Assembly: GCA_964057225.1 (NCBI GenBank)
Contig: CAXKVF010000089.1
Coordinates: 113,249-177,248 of the forward strand
Direction: 5' to 3'
Length of the DNA stretch: 64,000 nucleotides
Origin: Auanema rhodensis
Taxonomy: Eukaryota; Animalia; Nematoda
A program made the translations under genes and the position numbers. Below the pieces are notes generated by a model that saw nothing but the letters and a program-made list of their open reading frames with translations, was not told the DNA's origin and did no database searches. Positions 28,601-44,352 of this stretch are shown here, in pieces (the first letter of the stretch is position 1; each line of letters opens with the position of its first letter).

Positions 28601-31600
28601 CTTCAAAGTCATGGTTACCATGAAGCAATATCAATAAAAATTTGTTTTTAGACTAATATGGACATGGGGAATCTAATTTTGAAAACCGCATCTCTTTATC
28701 TTTCACGTGAAGCGAGTTACATACCAAGTGCACATCACGTGTACATTTAATTAGCATAAATTAAAGTTCACGTAAATTTCAAAGTCATGGTTACCATGAA
28801 CCAATATCAATAAAAATTTGTTTTTAGACTAATATGGACATGGGGAATCTAATTTTGAAAACCGCATCTCTTTATCTTTCACGTGAAGCGAGTTACATAC
28901 CAAGTGCACATCACGTGTACATTTAATTAGCATAAATTAAAGATCACGTAAACTTCAAAGTCATGGTTACCATGAAGCAATATCAATAAAAATTTGTTTT
29001 TAGACTAATATGGACATGGGGAATCTAATTTTGAAAACGGCATCTCTTTATCTTTCACGTGAAGCGAGTTACATACCAAGTGCACATCACGTGTACATTT
29101 AATTAGCATAAATTAAAGTTCACGTAAATTTCAAAGTCATGGTTACCATGAACCAATATCAATAAAAATTTGTTTTTAGACTAATATGGACATGGGGAAT
29201 CTAATTTTGAAAACCGCATCTCTTTATCTTTCACGTGAAGCGAGTTACATACCAAGTGCACATCACGTGTACATTTAATTAGCATAAATTAAAGTTCACG
29301 TAAATTTCAAAGTCATGGTTACCATGCACCAATATCAATAAAAATTTGTTTTTAGACTAATATGGACATGGGGAATCTAATTTTGAAAACCGCATCTCTT
29401 TATCTTTCACGTGAAGCGAGTTACATACCAAGTGCACATCACGTGTACATTTAATTAGCATAAATTAAAGTTCACGTAAATTTCAAAGTCATGGTTACCA
29501 TGAACCAATATCAATAAAAATTTGTTTTTAGACTAATATGGACATGGGGAATCTAATTTTGAAAACCGCATCTCTTTATCTTTCACGTGAAGCGAGTTAC
29601 ATACCAAGTGCACATCACGTGTACATTTAATTAGCATAAATTAAAGTTCACGTAAATTTCAAAGTCATGGTTACCATGAACCAATATCAATAAAAATTTG
29701 TTTTTAGACTAATATGGACATGGGGAATCTAATTTTGAAAACCGCATCTCTTTATCTTTCACGTGAAGCGAGTTACATACCAAGTGCACATCACGTGTAC
29801 ATTTAATTAGCATAAATTAAAGTTCACGTAAATTTCAAAGTCATGGTTACCATGAAGCAATATCAATAAAAATTTGTTTTTAGACTAATATGGACATGGG
29901 GAATCTAATTTTGAAAACCGCATCTCTTTATCTTTCACGTGAAGCGAGTTACATACCAAGTGCACATCACGTGTACATTTAATTAGCATAAATTAAAGTT
30001 CACGTAAATTTCAAAGTCATGGTTACCATGAACCAATATCAATAAAAATTTGTTTTTAGACTAATATGGACATGGGGAATCTAATTTTGAAAACCGCATC
30101 TCTTTATCTTTCACGTGAAGCGAGTTACATACCAAGTGCACATCACGTGTACATTTAATTAGCATAAATTAAAGATCACGTAAACTTCAAAGTCATGGTT
30201 ACCATGAAGCAATATCAATAAAAATTTGTTTTTAGACTAATATGGACATGGGGAATCTAATTTTGAAAACCGCATCTCTTTATCTTTCACGTGAAGCGAG
30301 TTACATACCAAGTGCACATCACGTGTACATTTAATTAGCATAAATTAAAGTTCACGTAAATTTCAAAGTCATGGTTACCATGAACCAATATCAATAAAAA
30401 TTTGTTTTTAGACTAATATGGACATGGGGAATCTAATTTTGAAAACCGCATCTCTTTATCTTTCACGTGAAGCGAGTTACATACCAAGTGCACATCACGT
30501 GTACATTTAATTAGCATAAATTAAAGTTCACGTAAATTTCAAAGTCATGGTTACCATGCACCAATATCAATAAAAATTTGTTTTTAGACTAATATGGACA
30601 TGGGGAATCTAATTTTGAAAACCGCATCTCTTTATCTTTCACGTGAAGCGAGTTACATACCAAGTGCACATCACGTGTACATTTAATTAGCATAAATTAA
30701 AGTTCACGTAAATTTCAAAGTCATGGTTACCATGCACCAATATCAATAAAAATTTGTTTTTAGACTAATATGGACATGGGGAATCTAATTTTGAAAACCG
30801 CATCTCTTTATCTTTCACGTGAAGCGAGTTACATACCAAGTGCACATCACGTGTACATTTAATTAGCATAAATTAAAGTTCACGTAAATTTCAAAGTCAT
30901 GGTTACCATGAACCAATATCAATAAAAATTTGTTTTTAGACTAATATGGACATGGGGAATCTAATTTTGAAAACCGCATCTCTTTATCTTTCACGTGAAG
31001 CGAGTTACATACCAAGTGCACATCACGTGTACATTTAATTAGCATAAATTAAAGTTCACGTAAATTTCAAAGTCATGGTTACCATGAACCAATATCAATA
31101 AAAATTTGTTTTTAGACTAATATGGACATGGGGAATCTAATTTTGAAAACCGCATCTCTTTATCTTTCACGTGAAGCGAGTTACATACCAAGTGCACATC
31201 ACGTGTACATTTAATTAGCATAAATTAAAGTTCACGTAAATTTCAAAGTCATGGTTACCATGAAGCAATATCAATAAAAATTTGTTTTTAGACTAATATG
31301 GACATGGGGAATCTAATTTTGAAAACCGCATCTCTTTATCTTTCACGTGAAGCGAGTTACATACCAAGTGCACATCACGTGTACATTTAATTAGCATAAA
31401 TTAAAGCTCACGTAAATTTCAAAGTCATGGTTACCATGAACCAATATCAATAAAAATTTGTTTTTAGACTAATATGGACATGGGGAATCTAATTTTGAAA
31501 ACCGCATCTCTTTATCTTTCACGTGAAGCGAGTTACATACCAAGTGCACATCACGTGTACATTTAATTAGCATAAATTAAAGATCACGTAAACTTCAAAG

Positions 31601-34600
31601 TCATGGTTACCATGAAGCAATATCAATAAAAATTTGTTTTTAGACTAATATGGACATGGGGAATCTAATTTTGAAAACCGCATCTCTTTATCTTTCACGT
31701 GAAGCGAGTTACATACCAAGTGCACATCACGTGTACATTTAATTAGCATAAATTAAAGTTCACGTAAATTTCAAAGTCATGGTTACCATGCACCAATATC
31801 AATAAAAATTTGTTTTTAGACTAATATGGACATGGGGAATCTAATTTTGAAAACCGCATCTCTTTATCTTTCACGTGAAGCGAGTTACATACCAAGTGCA
31901 CATCACGTGTACATTTAATTAGCATAAATTAAAGTTCACGTAAATTTCAAAGTCATGGTTACCATGAACCAATATCAATAAAAATTTGTTTTTAGACTAA
32001 TATGGACATGGGGAATCTAATTTTGAAAACCGCATCTCTTTATCTTTCACGTGAAGCGAGTTACATACCAAGTGCACATCACGTGTACATTTAATTAGCA
32101 TAAATTAAAGTTCACGTAAATTTCAAAGTCATGGTTACCATGAACCAATATCAATAAAAATTTGTTTTTAGACTAATATGGACATGGGGAATCTAATTTT
32201 GAAAACCGCATTTCTTTATCTTTCACGTGAAGCGAGTTACATACCAAGTGCACATCACGTGTACATTTAATTAGCATAAATTAAAGTTCACGTAAATTTC
32301 AAAGTCATGGTTACCATGAACCAATATCAATAAAAATTTGTTTTTAGACTAATATGGACATGGGGAATCTAATTTTGAAAACCGCATCTCTTTATCTTTC
32401 ACGTGAAGCGAGTTACATACCAAGTGCACATCACGTGTACATTTAATTAGCATAAATTAAAGTTCACGTAAATTTCAAAGTCATGGTTACCATGAACCAA
32501 TATCAATAAAAATTTGTTTTTAGACTAATATGGACATGGGGAATCTAATTTTGAAAACCGCATCTCTTTATCTTTCACGTGAAGCGAGTTACATACCAAG
32601 TGCACATCACGTGTACATTTAATTAGCATAAATTAAAGTTCACGTAAATTTCAAAGTCATGGTTACCATGAAGCAATATCAATAAAAATTTGTTTTTAGA
32701 CTAATATGGACATGGGGAATCTAATTTTGAAAACCGCATCTCTTTATCTTTCACGTGAAGCGAGTTACATACCAAGTGCACATCACGTGTACATTTAATT
32801 AGCATAAATTAAAGCTCACGTAAATTTCAAAGTCATGGTTACCATGAACCAATATCAATAAAAATTTGTTTTTAGACTAATATGGACATGGGGAATCTAA
32901 TTTTGAAAACCGCATCTCTTTATCTTTCACGTGAAGCGAGTTACATACCAAGTGCACATCACGTGTACATTTAATTAGCATAAATTAAAGATCACGTAAA
33001 CTTCAAAGTCATGGTTACCATGAAGCAATATCAATAAAAATTTGTTTTTAGACTAATATGGACATGGGGAATCTAATTTTGAAAACCGCATCTCTTTATC
33101 TTTCACGTGAAGCGAGTTACATACCAAGTGCACATCACGTGTACATTTAATTAGCATAAATTAAAGTTCACGTAAATTTCAAAGTCATGGTTACCATGCA
33201 CCAATATCAATAAAAATTTGTTTTTAGACTAATATGGACATGGGGAATCTAATTTTGAAAACCGCATCTCTTTATCTTTCACGTGAAGCGAGTTACATAC
33301 CAAGTGCACATCACGTGTACATTTAATTAGCATAAATTAAAGTTCACGTAAATTTCAAAGTCATGGTTACCATGAACCAATATCAATAAAAATTTGTTTT
33401 TAGACTAATATGGACATGGGGAATCTAATTTTGAAAACCGCATCTCTTTATCTTTCACGTGAAGCGAGTTACATACCAAGTGCACATCACGTGTACATTT
33501 AATTAGCATAAATTAAAGTTCACGTAAATTTCAAAGTCATGGTTACCATGAACCAATATCAATAACAATTTGTTTTTAGACTAATATGGACATGGGGAAT
33601 CTAATTTTGAAAACCGCATTTCTTTATCTTTCACGTGAAGCGAGTTACATACCAAGTGCACATCACGTGTACATTTAATTAGCATAAATTAAAGTTCACG
33701 TAAATTTCAAAGTCATGGTTACCATGCACCAATATCAATAAAAATTTGTTTTTAGACTAATATGGACATGGGGAATCTAATTTTGAAAACCGCATCTCTT
33801 TATCTTTCACGTGAAGCGAGTTACATACCAAGTGCACATCACGTGTACATTCAATTAGCATAAATTAAAGTTCACGTAAATTTCAAAGTCATGGTTACCA
33901 TGAACCAATATCAATAAAAATTTGTTTTTAGACTAATATGGACATGGGGAATCTAATTTTGAAAACCGCATTTCTTTATCTTTCACGTGAAGCGAGTTAC
34001 ATACCAAGTGCACATCACGTGTACATTTAATTAGCATAAATTAAAGTTCACGTAAATTTCAAAGTCATGGTTACCATGCACCAATATCAATAAAAATTTG
34101 TTTTTAGACTAATATGGACATGGGGAATCTAATTTTGAAAACCGCATCTCTTTATCTTTCACGTGAAGCGAGTTACATACCAAGTGCACATCACGTGTAC
34201 ATTTAATTAGCATAAATTAAAGTTCACGTAAATTTCAAAGTCATGGTTACCATGCACCAATATCAATAAAAATTTGTTTTTAGACTAATATGGACATGGG
34301 GAATCTAATTTTGAAAACCGCATCTCTTTATCTTTCACGTGAAGCGAGTTACATACCAAGTGCACATCACGTGTACATTTAATTAGCATAAATTAAAGTT
34401 CACGTAAACTTCAAAGTCATGGTTACCATGAAGCAATATCAATAAAAATTTGTTTTTAGACTAATATGGACATGGGGAATCTAATTTTGAAAACCGCATC
34501 TCTTTATCTTTCACGTGAAGCGAGTTACATACCAAGTGCACATCACGTGTACATTTAATTAGCATAAATTAAAGTTCACGTAAATTTCAAAGTCATGGTT

Positions 34601-37600
34601 ACCATGAACCAATATCAATAAAAATTTGTTTTTAGACTAGTATGGACATGGGGAATCTAATTTTGAAAACCGCATCTCTTTATCTTTCACGTGAAGCGAG
34701 TTACATACCAAGTGCACATCACGTGTACATTTAATTAGCATAAATTAAAGTTCACGTAAATTTCAAAGTCATGGTTACCATGAAGCAATATCAATAAAAA
34801 TTTGTTTTTAGACTAATATGGACATGGGGAATCTAATTTTGAAAACCGCATCTCTTTATCTTTCACGTGAAGCGAGTTACATACCAAGTGCACATCACGT
34901 GTACATTTAATTAGCATAAATTAAAGTTCACGTAAATTTCAAAGTCATGGTTACCATGCACCAATATCAATAAAAATTTGTTTTTAGACTAATATGGACA
35001 TGGGGAATCTAATTTTGAAAACCGCATCTCTTTATCTTTCACGTGAAGCGAGTTACATACCAAGTGCACATCACGTGTACATTTAATTAGCATAAATTAA
35101 AGTTCACGTAAATTTCAAAGTCATGGTTACCATGAACCAATATCAATAAAAATTTGTTTTTAGACTAATATGGACATGAAGAATCTAATTTTGAAAACCG
35201 CATCTCTTTATCTTTCACATGAAGCGAGTTACATACCAAGTGCACATCACGTGTACATTTAATTAGCATAAATTAAAGTTCACGTAAATTTCAAAGTCAT
35301 GGTTACCATGAAGCAATATCAATAAAAATTTGTTTTTAGACTAATATGGACATGGGGAATCTAATTTTGAAAACCGCATCTCTTTATCTTTCACGTGAAG
35401 CGAGTTACATACCAAGTGCACATCACGTGTACATTTAATTAGCATAAATTAAAGTTCACGTAAATTTCAAAGTCATGGTTACCATGAACCAATATCAATA
35501 AAAATTTGTTTTTAGACTAATATGGACATGGGGAATCTAATTTTGAAAACCGCATCTCTTTATCTTTCACGTGAAGCGAGTTACATACCAAGTGCACATC
35601 ACGTGTACATTTAATTAGCATAAATTAAAGATCACGTAAACTTCAAAGTCATGGTTACCATGAAGCAATATCAATAAAAATTTGTTTTTAGTTTAATATG
35701 GACATGGGGAATCTAATTTTGAAAACCGCATCTCTTTATCTTTCACGTGAAGCGAGTTACATACCAAGTGCACATCACGTGTACATTTAATTAGCATAAA
35801 TTAAAGTTCACGTAAATTTCAAAGTCATGGTTACCATGAACCAATATCAATAAAAATTTGTTTTTAGACTAATATGGACATGGGGAATCCAATTTTGAAA
35901 ACCGCATCTCTTTATCTTTCACGTGAAGCGAGTTACATACCAAGTGCACATCACGTGTACATTTAATTAGCATAAATTAAAGATCACGTAAACTTCAAAG
36001 TCATGGTTACCATGAAGCAATATCAATAAAAATTTGTTTTTAGACTAATATGGACATGGGGAATCTAATTTTGAAAACGGCATCTCTTTATCTTTCACGT
36101 GAAGCGAGTTACATACCAAGTGCACATCACGTGTACATTTAATTAGCATAAATTAAAGTTCACGTAAATTTCAAAGTCATGGTTACCATGAACCAATATC
36201 AAAAAAAATTTGTTTTTAGACTAATATGGACATGGGGAATCTAATTTTGAAAACCGCATCTCTTTATCTTTCACGTGAAGCGAGTTACATACCAAGTGCA
36301 CATCACGTGTACATTTAATTAGCATAAATTAAAGTTCACGTAAATTTCAAAGTCATGGTTACCATGAAGCAATATCAATAAAAATTTGTTTTTAGACTAA
36401 TATGGACATGGGGAATCTAATTTTGAAAACCGCATCTCTTTATCTTTCACGTGAAGCGAGTTACATACCAAGTGCACATCACGTGTACATTTAATTAGCA
36501 TAAATTAAAGTTCACGTAAATTTCAAAGTCATGGTTACCATGAACCAATATCAATAAAAATTTGTTTTTAGACTAATATGGACATGGGGAATCTAATTTT
36601 GAAAACCGCATCTCTTTATCTTTCACGTGAAGCGAGTTACATACCAAGTGCACATCACGTGTACATTTAATTAGCATAAATTAAAGATCACGTAAACTTC
36701 AAAGTCATGGTTACCATGAAGCAATATCAATAAAAATTTGTTTTTAGACTAATATGGACATGGGGAATCTAATTTTGAAAACCGCATCTCTTTATCTTTC
36801 ACGTGAAGCGAGTTACATACCAAGTGCACATCACGTGTACATTTAATTAGCATAAATTAAAGTTCACGTAAATTTCAAAGTCATGGTTACCATGAACCAA
36901 TATCAATAAAAATTTGTTTTTAGACTAATATGGACATGGGGAATCTAATTTTGAAAACCGCATCTCTTTATCTTTCACGTGAAGCGAGTTACATACCAAG
37001 TGCACATCACGTGTACATTTAATTAGCATAAATTAAAGTTCACGTAAATTTCAAAGTCATGGTTACCATGAACCAATATCAATAAAAATTTGTTTTTAGA
37101 CTAATATGGACATGGGGAATCTAATTTTGAAAACCGCATCTCTTTATCTTTCACGTGAAGCGAGTTACATACCAAGTGCACATCACGTGTACATTTAATT
37201 AGCATAAATTAAAGTTCACGTAAATTTCAAAGTCATGGTTACCATGAAGCAATATCAATAAAAATTTGTTTTTAGACTAATATGGACATGGGGAATCTAA
37301 TTTTGAAAACCGCATCTCTTTATCTTTCACGTGAAGCGAGTTACATACCAAGTGCACATCACGTGTACATTTAATTAGCATAAATTAAAGTTCACGTAAA
37401 TTTCAAAGTCATGGTTACCATGAACCAATATCAATAAAAATTTGTTTTTAGACTAATATGGACATGGGGAATCTAATTTTGAAAACCGCATCTCTTTATC
37501 TTTCACGTGAAGCGAGTTACATACCAAGTGCACATCACGTGTACATTTAATTAGCATAAATTAAAGATCACGTAAACTTCAAAGTCATGGTTACCATGAA

Positions 37601-39072
37601 GCAATATCAATAAAAATTTGTTTTTAGACTAATATGGACATGGGGAATCTAATTTTGAAAACCGCATCTCTTTATCTTTCACGTGAAGCGAGTTACATAC
37701 CAAGTGCACATCACGTGTACATTTAATTAGCATAAATTAAAGTTCACGTAAATTTCAAAGTCATGGTTACCATGAACCAATATCAATAAAAATTTGTTTT
37801 TAGACTAATATGGACATGGGGAATCTAATTTTGAAAACCGCATCTCTTTATCTTTCACGTGAAGCGAGTTACATACCAAGTGCACATCACGTGTACATTT
37901 AATTAGCATAAATTAAAGTTCACGTAAATTTCAAAGTCATGGTTACCATGCACCAATATCAATAAAAATTTGTTTTTAGACTAATATGGACATGGGGAAT
38001 CTAATTTTGAAAACCGCATCTCTTTATCTTTCACGTGAAGCGAGTTACATACCAAGTGCACATCACGTGTACATTTAATTAGCATAAATTAAAGTTCACG
38101 TAAATTTCAAAGTCATGGTTACCATGCACCAATATCAATAAAAATTTGTTTTTAGACTAATATGGACATGGGGAATCTAATTTTGAAAACCGCATCTCTT
38201 TATCTTTCACGTGAAGCGAGTTACATACCAAGTGCACATCACGTGTACATTTAATTAGCATAAATTAAAGTTCACGTAAATTTCAAAGTCATGGTTACCA
38301 TGAACCAATATCAATAAAAATTTGTTTTTAGACTAATATGGACATGGGGAATCTAATTTTGAAAACCGCATCTCTTTATCTTTCACGTGAAGCGAGTTAC
38401 ATACCAAGTGCACATCACGTGTACATTTAATTAGCATAAATTAAAGTTCACGTAAATTTCAAAGTCATGGTTACCATGAACCAATATCAATAAAAATTTG
38501 TTTTTAGACTAATATGGACATGGGGAATCTAATTTTGAAAACCGCATCTCTTTATCTTTCACGTGAAGCGAGTTACATACCAAGTGCACATCACGTGTAC
38601 ATTTAATTAGCATAAATTAAAGTTCACGTAAATTTCAAAGTCATGGTTACCATGAAGCAATATCAATAAAAATTTGTTTTTAGACTAATATGGACATGGG
38701 GAATCTAATTTTGAAAACCGCATCTCTTTATCTTTCACGTGAAGCGAGTTACATACCAAGTGCACATCACGTGTACATTTAATTAGCATAAATTAAAGCT
38801 CACGTAAATTTCAAAGTCATGGTTACCATGAACCAATATCAATAAAAATTTGTTTTTAGACTAATATGGACATGGGAAATCTACTTTTGAAAACCGCATC
38901 TCTTTATCTTTCACGTGAAGCGAGTTACATACCAAGTGCACATCACGTGTACATTTAATTAGCATAAATTAAAGATCACGTAAACTTCAAAGTCATGGTT
39001 ACCATGAAGCAATATCAATAAAAATTTGTGTTTAGACTAATATGGACATGGGGAATCTAATTTTGAAAACCG
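25697..39072 (+). repeat. Large segmental duplication within the array at a 40-42 monomer (7040-7392 bp) offset
   Basis: Private markers are paired: T60C at 26460/33852 (7392), A144G at 27600/34640, GG>AA at 28139-40/35179-80, C175G at 29039/36079 (all 7040), and T79C at 31407/38799 (7392). Confidence 0.9.
30801..33616 (+). repeat. 8-monomer (1408-bp) tandem duplication
   Basis: m176-183 and m184-191 both read A A G A(T79C) G** C A A, with the marker at 31407 and 32815. Confidence 0.85.
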
Positions 39073-42000
39073 CATCTCTTTATCTTTCACGTGAAGCGAG
39101 TTACATACCAAGTGCACATCACGTGTACATTTAATTAGCATAAATTAAAGTTCACGTAAATTTCAAAGTCATGGTTACCATGAACCAATATCAATAAAAA
39201 TTTGTTTTTAGACTAATATGGACATGGGGAATCTAATTTTGAAAACCGCATCTCTTTATCTTTCACGTGAAGCGAGTTACATACCAAGTGCACATCACGT
39301 GTACATTTAATTAGCATAAATTAAAGATCACGTAAACTTCAAAGTCATGGTTACCATGAAGCAATATCAATAAAAATTTGTTTTTAGACTAATATGGACA
39401 TGGGGAATCTAATTTTGAAAACCGCATCTCTTTATCTTTCACGTGAAGCGAGTTACATACCAAGTGCACATCACGTGTACATTTAATTAGCATAAATTAA
39501 AGTTCACGTAAATTTCAAAGTCATGGTTACCATGAACCAATATCAATAAAAATTTGTTTTTAGACTAATATGGACATGGGGAATCTAATTTTGAAAACCG
39601 CATCTCTTTATCTTTCACGTGAAGCGAGTTACATACCAAGTGCACATCACGTGTACATTTAATTAGCATAAATTAAAGTTCACGTAAATTTCAAAGTCAT
39701 GGTTACCATGCACCAATATCAATAAAAATTTGTTTTTAGACTAATATGGACATGGGGAATCTAATTTTGAAAACCGCATCTCTTTATCTTTCACGTGAAG
39801 CGAGTTACATACCAAGTGCACATCACGTGTACATTTAATTAGCATAAATTAAAGTTCACGTAAATTTCAAAGTCATGGTTACCATGAACCAATATCAATA
39901 AAAATTTGTTTTTAGACTAATATGGACATGGGGAATCTAATTTTGAAAACCGCATCTCTTTATCTTTCACGTGAAGCGAGTTACATACCAAGTGCACATC
40001 ACGTGTACATTTAATTAGCATAAATTAAAGTTCACGTAAATTTCAAAGTCATGGTTACCATGAACCAATATCAATAAAAATTTGTTTTTAGACTAATATG
40101 GACATGGGGAATCTAATTTTGAAAACCGCATCTCTTTATCTTTCACGTGAAGCGAGTTACATATCAAGTGCACATCACGTGTACATTTAATTAGCATAAA
40201 TTAAAGTTCACGTAAATTTCAAAGTCATGGTTACCATGAACCAATATCAATAAAAATTTGTTTTTAGACTAATATGGACATGGGGAATCTAATTTTGAAA
40301 ACCGCATCTCTTTATCTTTCACGTGAAGCGAGTTACATACCAAGTGCACATCACGTGTACATTTAATTAGCATAAATTAAAGTTCACGTAAATTTCAAAG
40401 TCATGGTTACCATGCACCAATATCAATAAAAATTTGTTTTTAGACTAATATGGACATGGGGAATCTAATTTTGAAAACCGCATCTCTTCATCTTTCACGT
40501 GAAGCGAGTTACATACCAAGTGCACATCACGTGTACATTTAATTAGCATAAATTAAAGTTCACGTAAATTTCAAAGTCATGGTTACCATGCACCAATATC
40601 AATAAAAATTTGTTTTTAGACTAATATGGACATGGGGAATCTAATTTTGAAAACCGCATCTCTTTATCTTTCACGTGAAGCGAGTTACATACCAAGTGCA
40701 CATCACGTGTACATTTAATTAGCATAAATTAAAGTTCACGTAAATTTCAAAGTCATGGTTACCATGCACCAATATCAATAAAAATTTGTTTTTAGACTAA
40801 TATGGACATGGAGAATCTAATTTTGAAAACCGCATCTCTTTATCTTTCACGTGAAGCGAGTTACATACCAAGTGCACATCACGTGTACATTTAATTAGCA
40901 TAAATTAAAGTTCACGTAAATTTCAAAGTCATGGTTACCATGAACCAATATCAATAAAAATTTGTTTTTAGACTAATATGGACATGGGGAATCTAATTTT
41001 GAAAACCGCATCTCTTTATCTTTCACGTGAAGCGAGTTACATATCAAGTGCACATCACGTGTACATTTAATTAGCATAAATTAAAGTTCACGTAAATTTC
41101 AAAGTCATGGTTACCATGAACCAATATCAATAAAAATTTGTTTTTAGACTAATATGGACATGGGGAATCTAATTTTGAAAACCGCATCTCTTTATCTTTC
41201 ACGTGAAGCGAGTTACATACCAAGTGCACATCACGTGTACATTTAATTAGCATAAATTAAAGATCACGTAAACTTCAAAGTCATGGTTACCATGAAGCAA
41301 TATCAATAAAAATTTGTTTTTAGACTAATATGGACATGGGGAATCTAATTTTGAAAACCGCATCTCTTTATCTTTCACGTGAAGCGAGTTACATACCAAG
41401 TGCACATCACGTGTACATTTAATTAGCATAAATTAAAGTTCACGTAAATTTCAAAGTCATGGTTACTATGAACCAATATCAATAAAAATTTGTTTTTAGA
41501 CTAATATGGACATGGGGAATCTAATTTTGAAAACCGCATCTCTTTATCTTTCACGTGAAGCGAGTTACATACCAAGTGCACATCACGTGTACATTTAATT
41601 AGCATAAATTAAAGTTCACGTAAATTTCAAAGTCATGGTTACCATGCACCAATATCAATAAAAATTTGTTTTTAGACTAATATGGACATGGGGAATCTAA
41701 TTTTGAAAACCGCATCTCTTTATCTTTCACGTGAAGCGAGTTACATACCAAGTGCACATCACGTGTACATTTAATTAGCATAAATTAAAGTTCACGTAAA
41801 TTTCAAAGTCATGGTTACCATGAACCAATATCAATAAAAATTTGTTTTTAGACTAATATGGACATGGGGAATCTAATTTTGAAAACCGCATCTCTTTATC
41901 TTTCACGTGAAGCGAGTTACATACCAAGTGCACATCACGTGTACATTTAATTAGCATAAATTAAAGTTCACGTAAATTTCAAAGTCATGGTTACCATGAA

Positions 42001-43296
42001 CCAATATCAATAAAAATTTGTTTTTAGACTAATATGGACATGGGGAATCTAATTTTGAAAACCGCATCTCTTTATCTTTCACGTGAAGCGAGTTACATAC
42101 CAAGTGCACATCACGTGTACATTTAATTAGCATAAATTAAAGTTCACGTAAATTTCAAAGTCATGGTTACCATGAAGCAATATCAATAAAAATTTGTTTT
42201 TAGACTAATATGGACATGGGGAATCTAATTTTGAAAACCGCATCTCTTTATCTTTCACGTGAAGCGAGTTACATACCAAGTGCACATCACGTGTACATTT
42301 AATTAGCATAAATTAAAGTTCACGTAAATTTCAAAGTCATGGTTACCATGCACCAATATCAATAAAAATTTGTTTTTAGACTAATATGGACATGGGGAAT
42401 CTAATTTTGAAAACCGCATCTCTTTATCTTTCACGTGAAGCGAGTTACATACCAAGTGCACATCACGTGTACATTTAATTAGCATAAATTAAAGTTCACG
42501 TAAATTTCAAAGTCATGGTTACCATGCACCAATATCAATAAAAATTTGTTTTTAGACTGATATGGACATGGGAAATTTAATTTTGAAAACCGCATCTTTT
42601 TATCTTTCACGTGAAGCGAGTTACATACCAAGTGCACATCACGTGTACATTTAATTAGCATAAATTAAAGTTCACGTAAATTTCAAAGTCATGGTTACCA
42701 TGCACCAATATCAATAAAAATTTGTTTTTAGACTAATATGGACATGGGGAATCTAATTTTGAAAACCGCATCTCTTTATCTTTCACGTGAAGCGAGTTAC
42801 ATACCAAGTGCACATCACGTGTACATTTAATTAGCATAAATTAAAGTTCACGTAAATTTCAAAGTCATGGTTACCATGAACCAATATCAATAAAAATTTG
42901 TTTTTAGACTAATATGGACATGGGGAATCTAATTTTGAAAACCGCATCTCTTTATCTTTCACGTGAAGCGAGTTACATACCAAGTGCACATCACGTGTAC
43001 ATTTAATCAGCATAAATTAAAGTTCACGTAAATTTCAAAGTCATGGTTACCATGAAGCAATATCAATAAAAATTTGTTTTTAGACTAATATGGACATGGG
43101 GAATCTAATTTTGAAAACCGCATCTCCTTATCTTTCACGTGAAGCGAGTTACATACCAAGTGCACATCACGTGTACATTTAATTAGCATAAATTAAAGTT
43201 CACGTAAATTTCAAAGTCATGGTTACCATGCACCAATATCAATAAAAATTTGTTTTTAGACTAATATGGACATGGGGAATCTAATTTTGAAAACCG

Positions 43297-44352
43297 CATC
43301 TCTTCATCTTTCACGTGAAGCGAGTTACATACCAAGTGCACATCACGTGTACATTTAATTAGCATAAATTAAAGTTCACGTAAATTTCAAAGTCATGGTT
43401 ACCATGCACCAATATCAATAAAAATTTGTTTTTAGACTAATATGGACATGGGGAATCTAATTTTGAAAACCGCATCTCTTTATCTTTCACGTGAAGCGAG
43501 TTACATACCAAGTGCACATCACGTGTACATTTAATTAGCATAAATTAAAGTTCACGTAAATTTCAAAGTCATGGTTACCATGCACCAATATCAATAAAAA
43601 TTTGTTTTTAGACTAATATGGACATGGGGAATCTAATTTTGAAAACCGCATCTCTTCATCTTTCACGTGAAGCGAGTTACATACCAAGTGCACATCACGT
43701 GTACATTTAATTAGCATAAATTAAAGTTCACGTAAATTTCAAAGTCATGGTTACCATGCACCAATATCAATAAAAATTTGTTTTTAGACTAATATGGACA
43801 TGGGGAATCTAATTTTGAAAACCGCATCTCTTTATCTTTCACGTGAAGCGAGTTACATACCAAGTGCACATCACGTGTACATTTAATTAGCATAAATTAA
43901 AGTTCACGTAAATTTCAAAGTCATGGTTACCATGCACCAATATCAATAAAAATTTGTTTTTAGACTAATATGGACATGGGGAATCTAATTTTGAAAACCG
44001 CATCTCTTCATCTTTCACGTGAAGCGAGTTACATACCAAGTGCACATCACGTGTACATTTAATTAGCATAAATTAAAGTTCACGTAAATTTCAAAGTCAT
44101 GGTTACCATGAAGCAATATCAATAAAAATTTGTTTTTAGACTAATATGGACATGGGGAATCTAATTTTGAAAACCGCATCTCTTTATCTTTCACGTGAAG
44201 CGAGTTACATACCAAGTGCACATCACGTGTACATTTAATTAGCATAAATTAAAGTTCACGTAAATTTCAAAGTCATGGTTACCATGCACCAATATCAATA
44301 AAAATTTGTTTTTAGACTAATATGGACATGGGGAATCTAATTTTGAAAACCG
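43297..44352 (+). repeat. 2-monomer (352-bp) higher-order repeat, 3 copies
   Basis: T9C occurs at 43305, 43657 and 44009 within a run dominated by C-type monomers. Confidence 0.75.

Noticed and set aside
42479-42661. Second 60-aa minus-strand ORF
   Set aside because: Same cause: A143G at 42559 turns TAG into CAG. Two stop losses in 363 copies fit chance, and 176 is not a multiple of 3, so no repetitive polyprotein is possible.
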